From Spirochaetota bacterium (GTDB taxonomy: Bacteria; Spirochaetota; UBA4802; UBA5550), in contig JBNKTL010000009.1 in NCBI GenBank assembly GCA_050298055.1, positions 53,037-117,036 of the forward strand: 64,000 nt of DNA, read 5' to 3'. The notes beneath the pieces are model-generated. The model did no database searches, was not told the DNA's origin, and worked only from the letters and a program-made list of their open reading frames with translations. Shown here piece after piece: positions 59,832 to 64,000 of the stretch (its first letter is position 1; each line of letters opens with the position of its first letter). The position numbers and the translations under genes are program-made.

Positions 59832-61448
59832 ATGTGTTCAATCTGCGGTCATTTTTCATGGGATGGCCGGATTAAGACAAATGATGTCTATGATATGCTG
59901 ACAAAAATGCAGCATAGAGGACCTGATACACACGGGATATACTATGACGGATCAATTAAAAGAGTTAACCAGCTTGAAAAACTCACAGGCACGGGAAAAA
60001 TTGAAAGTATTATCGCCCTCGGCCATTCACGGCTGACCATCCTGGGACGAAACCGGGAAACCCAGCCATACACGTCATCTGACGGCAAGCTGACCCTTAT
60101 CCACAACGGGGAGATCTATAATTATCAGAAACTTCAGACCCTGCTGAACAGGGACAGTATAATAAAATCGGGCAGCGATAGTGAGGTAATAGTCTATCTC
60201 CTGGAAGAACTCTACAGGGGAGATCTTCTCGAGGCAGTGAAAAAGGTGATGGGGCTTCTCGACGGGATGTATTCTCTGGCTGTTACAGACGGAAAATCGA
60301 TGGTTGTGGCGAGAGACCCGGTGGGGAAAAAACCGGTTTACTATATCATCAATGAAAATGTGATATATTTTGCGTCGGAGAGAAAAGCCCTCTGGAACGG
60401 AATAGAAAGGCCCAAAAGGCTTAACCCGGGAAACATTCTCTATATAGACAGCGAAGGCTACCGGGAAGAGCAGGTACTCACCCTCCAGTTTTCCCAGGTG
60501 GATATTACGGATTTCAGAAAAGCCGTAGATCTTTACAAGGAAGTCCTGATAGGAAGCGTTAAAAAACGTCTGTCGGGGCTCCATGAATCAACCCTGGGTG
60601 TCATATTTTCAGGAGGAATTGATTCCGTACTTGTTGCGCAGCTTCTCCAGAGAGAAGGGAAGAATATCATCTGCTACTGTACCGGGACTGAGGATTCGGG
60701 TGACATACAGGCGGCAAAGAGCGTTGCGGACGATCTGGGCCTTGAATTAAAAACAACGATCATTAATGAGGAGATGATAGAAGAACTGCTTCCCGAGATC
60801 ATTGAAAACGTGGAGGAAGGAGGACTGCTGCAGGTGGAGGTGGCGATACCCATGTATCTTGCCGCGAAGATGGCGTCTGAGGACGGTATTAAGGTCATGT
60901 ACACCGGGCAGGCCGCGGACGAACTCTTTGCCGGTTATCCCTGGTATTCAGATGTTATAGAGGAGTCCGGATACCTGAGGCTGCATGAAAAGCTCTGGGA
61001 AGACCTTAACTTTCTCTATACCGACACCCTTGAACGGGAAGATAAGATAACCATGGCGCATTCTATCGAACTCAGGGCACCCTACCTGGACAGGGATGTT
61101 ATCGATGTGTCCATGAGAATCTCACCGCGCCTTAAAATAGCGGGAACAGACGATATGTTGAGGAAAAGGGTCCACAGGCAGGCAGCCGTAGAACTGGGAG
61201 TTCCCCCCTACCTCTCCTTCAGGAGGAAAGATCCCGCTCAATCCGGTTCGGGGATCAACAGGATCATTAAAAATATTGCGCGAAAGAAGCTCGACAATAT
61301 TGATGAGGGGATGGTGGATAAGAACATAGAAAAGGACAAGGGGAGCATTTTCAGATATGGAGATGAAGTCTATGGAGATGAACATGCCCGGACCTATCTC
61401 CAGCAGCTTGAGGACAGAATTGTCAAAAAGTTTATTCCGGTGATCTGA
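59832..61448 (+). CDS. asnB: Asparagine synthetase (glutamine-hydrolysing)
   Basis: N-terminal MC, HRGPD, HNGEIYN, SGGIDS, GQAADELFAGY, ELRAPYLD. Confidence 0.88.
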   Translation: MCSICGHFSWDGRIKTNDVYDMLTKMQHRGPDTHGIYYDGSIKRVNQLEKLTGTGKIESIIALGHSRLTILGRNRETQPYTSSDGKLTLIHNGEIYNYQKLQTLLNRDSIIKSGSDSEVIVYLLEELYRGDLLEAVKKVMGLLDGMYSLAVTDGKSMVVARDPVGKKPVYYIINENVIYFASERKALWNGIERPKRLNPGNILYIDSEGYREEQVLTLQFSQVDITDFRKAVDLYKEVLIGSVKKRLSGLHESTLGVIFSGGIDSVLVAQLLQREGKNIICYCTGTEDSGDIQAAKSVADDLGLELKTTIINEEMIEELLPEIIENVEEGGLLQVEVAIPMYLAAKMASEDGIKVMYTGQAADELFAGYPWYSDVIEESGYLRLHEKLWEDLNFLYTDTLEREDKITMAHSIELRAPYLDRDVIDVSMRISPRLKIAGTDDMLRKRVHRQAAVELGVPPYLSFRRKDPAQSGSGINRIIKNIARKKLDNIDEGMVDKNIEKDKGSIFRYGDEVYGDEHARTYLQQLEDRIVKKFIPVI

Positions 61449-61649
61449 CCTTATGGCAATTCAGTTTGATATTACCATAGGTTTCTCAACAACCAGGCTG
61501 TATATTTCCCGAGATGGACCTCAAGCCCATTAATATTTATTGAGACGGATTGTCCGCACTGAAGGAAATACCATGAATTCCCCGCAGAGTACTATCCCGG
61601 ACCTTTTTAAGAGTTCCTGTTACGGAGAAAATGCGGATTTACGGTCCTT

Positions 61650-61838
61650 TCAGTGAAAGGGAAGACCGGTATCTTCCAGGTAATGATGGAGATCTTTGCC
61701 GCTTATCATTTCCCTCGCAAGGGCGATCTCACCGAACTTTCTCCCGTCGCCATGCTTCTGGAACTGTATGACCTGTTTCACCATCATCTGGTCCATCATC
61801 CCGTGATCCATAAACCATTCACCGGCTTTTTGTATCAT
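61650..61838 (-). CDS. Small stand-alone MshEN-like protein
   Basis: GAGGAG RBS; two imperfect RLGxxL-type motifs (KAGEWFMDHG..Q, RKFGEIAL). Confidence 0.55.
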   Translation of the reverse strand: MIQKAGEWFMDHGMMDQMMVKQVIQFQKHGDGRKFGEIALAREMISGKDLHHYLEDTGLPFH

Positions 61839-61978
61839 AGTATTCTCCTCTGACTTTTTCATTAATTTAATTAATATACGGTAACGAATCAAAAAATAGT
61901 GTTGCATAAGATATATTATAGCTTGACTGAGCCGGGAAACCGGTTAGTGTATTCAAAATCCTCTAGCGAAATTAAAGT

Positions 61979-63685
61979 ATGAAAAAATCAATACTCCTCC
62001 TTATCATAGCAATTACATCTGCCCACGGCAGTCAGGAACCCGTTCCGCTTACGAGCGTGGGAATTAAAGAGATCATTAAAGAGAAAGACCGGTACGACCT
62101 GACCAATTTCAAAACATTTCTCCGGGGAGTAAGACGGTCCTCCGGGAAGAACTCTTTTATGGATGAGACAATCACTACAGAAATCACCGGCAGAAACAGG
62201 ATCGAAACCGTAAACCTTTCCCGGCTCCTGGGACTCTATGCCCGGTTAAAATATGCCGAAGAGATAACGGGTCTCCTTTCGGAGATGGTCTCCCTGGAGA
62301 CATACAGGAGACCCGGTGTCCCGCAGCGGAAGAACCCCCAGGTTGCCCGGTTCGGAAAGCTCCTGGAAAGAACAGCAGGGAAACTTGGGCTTGAGTACCG
62401 GAACAGGGAAAACTGGGTCTTCGAGGTGCTCCTCAGGGGAAGCGGGAAAGAGAGCCTGGGAGTTTATGCCCACTGCGATACGGTGCCGGCTGAAAAAAAG
62501 GGATGGGTCCTTGATGACGGAAGAACAACGGACCCGTTCCGGCTCACCATTGCGGGCAGCAGAATATACGGCAGGGGAGTTCTCGATGACAAGGGGTCCG
62601 TGGCAATTGCGCTCTATTCCCTGAAGACGGTGAGGGAATCGGGGATAAGACTTAAAAGGACTATCAGGCTGATTATCGGAACATCAGAGGAGACAGGAAG
62701 TCATGGTTTAAGATATTACAGGAAACGGTTCGGGCTTCCCGAATACAACGTGGTCCTGGATAACTATTACCCGGCAACACTCTCTGAAAAGGGATACGGG
62801 CAGCTCACAGTAAGCTTCAGGGAAAAGAGAGGGAGGGGAAGAGGCCCGGAGATAGTGAATGTTACCGGTGCTTCCGCGTCGAACATGGTTCCGGGAAGTT
62901 CAACTGCGACAATAAGGACCGCAGATCCCGGTAAACTTGAAAGATTGCTTGCTGCCCAGAGCAAAGGCTATACCAAAGAGAAAGGAAAGGGACTGACTTT
63001 TACTTTCCGGAAAGGTAAAGGGAGACTTCTTGTAAAAGCGAAAGGAGTCTCAGCCCATTCATCGGAACCTCAGTATGGGGCCAATCCCGTACAGGGGATC
63101 TTCTGCTTCCTTCATGAATCGGCAAAAAAGTTCAGGTTCAGAAAAAACCGTTTTACCTCAGCGGCTGCTTATATCTCTGAGAAGCTGGGGACTGGGTATT
63201 CCGGTGAAAAACTTGGTATAACATTCAACAGGGAAGAAACAGGTCCCTTCACGGCAGTGCTTACACAGGTCAGTAAGGGAAGAGGGAAACTCGACCTTGT
63301 CATCAACCTGAGAATCCCTTACGGAATGAACAGGGATGAACTTAAGAGACAGATTAAAAGGGGACATGAACAATTATTAAAAAGAAGGGGAAGGAGTTTG
63401 GGATACAGACTCTTTCTGGGAAAGCCCTTCAGATCGGGGGCACCGGACGGTTTTATCAGGATCCTTGTTGATACTTTTAACGGGGTTACCGGCCTTCAGG
63501 TTAAGCCCACGGGAGCAGGAGGGAGTACCGCGGCAAAATACCTGCCCCGGGCAATATCCTTCGGGCCCTGCTATCCCGGGGAGAAGTGCCCCATGCATGT
63601 TGAAAATGAATACCGTGAAAGGGAGAGGTTTCTTACGGACATCCAGCTGATAACAGAAATGATTCTCCGTGCGGGAAATTACTAA
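61979..63685 (+). CDS. Secreted M20 family dipeptidase (PepV/Sapep-like)
   Basis: HCDTVP, GRGVLDDKG, SEETG, AHSSEP, HVENE. Confidence 0.85.
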   Translation: MKKSILLLIIAITSAHGSQEPVPLTSVGIKEIIKEKDRYDLTNFKTFLRGVRRSSGKNSFMDETITTEITGRNRIETVNLSRLLGLYARLKYAEEITGLLSEMVSLETYRRPGVPQRKNPQVARFGKLLERTAGKLGLEYRNRENWVFEVLLRGSGKESLGVYAHCDTVPAEKKGWVLDDGRTTDPFRLTIAGSRIYGRGVLDDKGSVAIALYSLKTVRESGIRLKRTIRLIIGTSEETGSHGLRYYRKRFGLPEYNVVLDNYYPATLSEKGYGQLTVSFREKRGRGRGPEIVNVTGASASNMVPGSSTATIRTADPGKLERLLAAQSKGYTKEKGKGLTFTFRKGKGRLLVKAKGVSAHSSEPQYGANPVQGIFCFLHESAKKFRFRKNRFTSAAAYISEKLGTGYSGEKLGITFNREETGPFTAVLTQVSKGRGKLDLVINLRIPYGMNRDELKRQIKRGHEQLLKRRGRSLGYRLFLGKPFRSGAPDGFIRILVDTFNGVTGLQVKPTGAGGSTAAKYLPRAISFGPCYPGEKCPMHVENEYRERERFLTDIQLITEMILRAGNY

Positions 63686-63733
63686 AAAAATTCTTGTCTT
63701 TTATCTGAGGTTTCCTAAACTCGTACTAATTCT

Positions 63734-63808
63734 GCGGGTGTAATTCAGTGGTAGAATGTCAGCTTCCCAAGCTGAACGTCGCGAGTTCGACTCTCGTCAC
63801 CCGCTCCA
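63734..63808 (+). tRNA. tRNA-Gly (CCC)
   Basis: Acceptor GCGGGTG/CACCCGC, anticodon arm TCAGC-TTCCCAA-GCTGA, GTTCGA T-loop, encoded CCA. Confidence 0.97.
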
Positions 63809-63815
63809 TTTTCAG

Positions 63816-63844
63816 GGCTTATCCAATCAGGATAAGCCTTTTTT
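63816..63844 (+). terminator. Intrinsic terminator after tRNA-Gly
   Basis: GGCTTATCC-AATCA-GGATAAGCC-TTTTTT. Confidence 0.85.
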
Positions 63845-64000
63845 ATTGGGCTCTCCATCATCCACCGGGTTCACCATAATCGGCAATAGCCGTATGGAAC
63901 ATGAAGCTGAAGGGCTCAGCCGCCTAAACCGTCATTCTGATTGACGAGCCTCCTTTTCGCTGTTTGAGTGCATCCCGCGAACTGAATTTGAAGGGGTAAC

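Noticed and set aside
396..63650. Many antisense or alternate-frame ORFs in the track (e.g. 31092..31844, 43276..43965, 15640..16272)
   Set aside because: Shadows of well-supported genes, with no recognisable motifs
63734..64000. Island integrated at tRNA-Gly; ORF 63756..63944
   Set aside because: No integrase or duplicated tRNA 3' end before the window ends; the ORF overlaps the tRNA and terminator

Overview
Bacterial chromosomal window, probably from an anaerobic spirochaete of the Leptospira-related branch. This is inferred from gene order, 7TM-DISM kinases, the bactofilin/M23 pair and FGE-type lipoproteins, and is not verified. Core blocks: rimP-nusA-infB-rbfA-truB-rpsO-pnp-M16-bactofilin-M23-glyS, amtB-glnK, class III ribonucleotide reductase, rpsU, asnB, hppA and tRNA-Gly(CCC). 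Accessory stretches (about 7.7-19.1 kb and 38.9-45.3 kb) are rich in lipoproteins and sensors. Most notable: (1) a dispersed family of ~135-bp intergenic elements with ~18-bp terminal inverted repeats, AT-rich arms and a central GC hairpin (4 full copies plus relics), along with two other palindromic mini-element types; (2) a split NrdD whose glycyl-radical loop is a separate 57-aa gene missing from the ORF track; (3) two tandem lipoproteins sharing an unrecognised C-x11-C-x23/25-C-x14-C domain, plus a DGR-target-like FGE lipoprotein, divergent from a LytTR regulator and two duplicated 7TM-DISM kinases; (4) a stand-alone six-cysteine cationic secreted miniprotein; (5) an active/inactive Deg protease pair. 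No transposase, integrase, reverse transcriptase or CRISPR array was seen.
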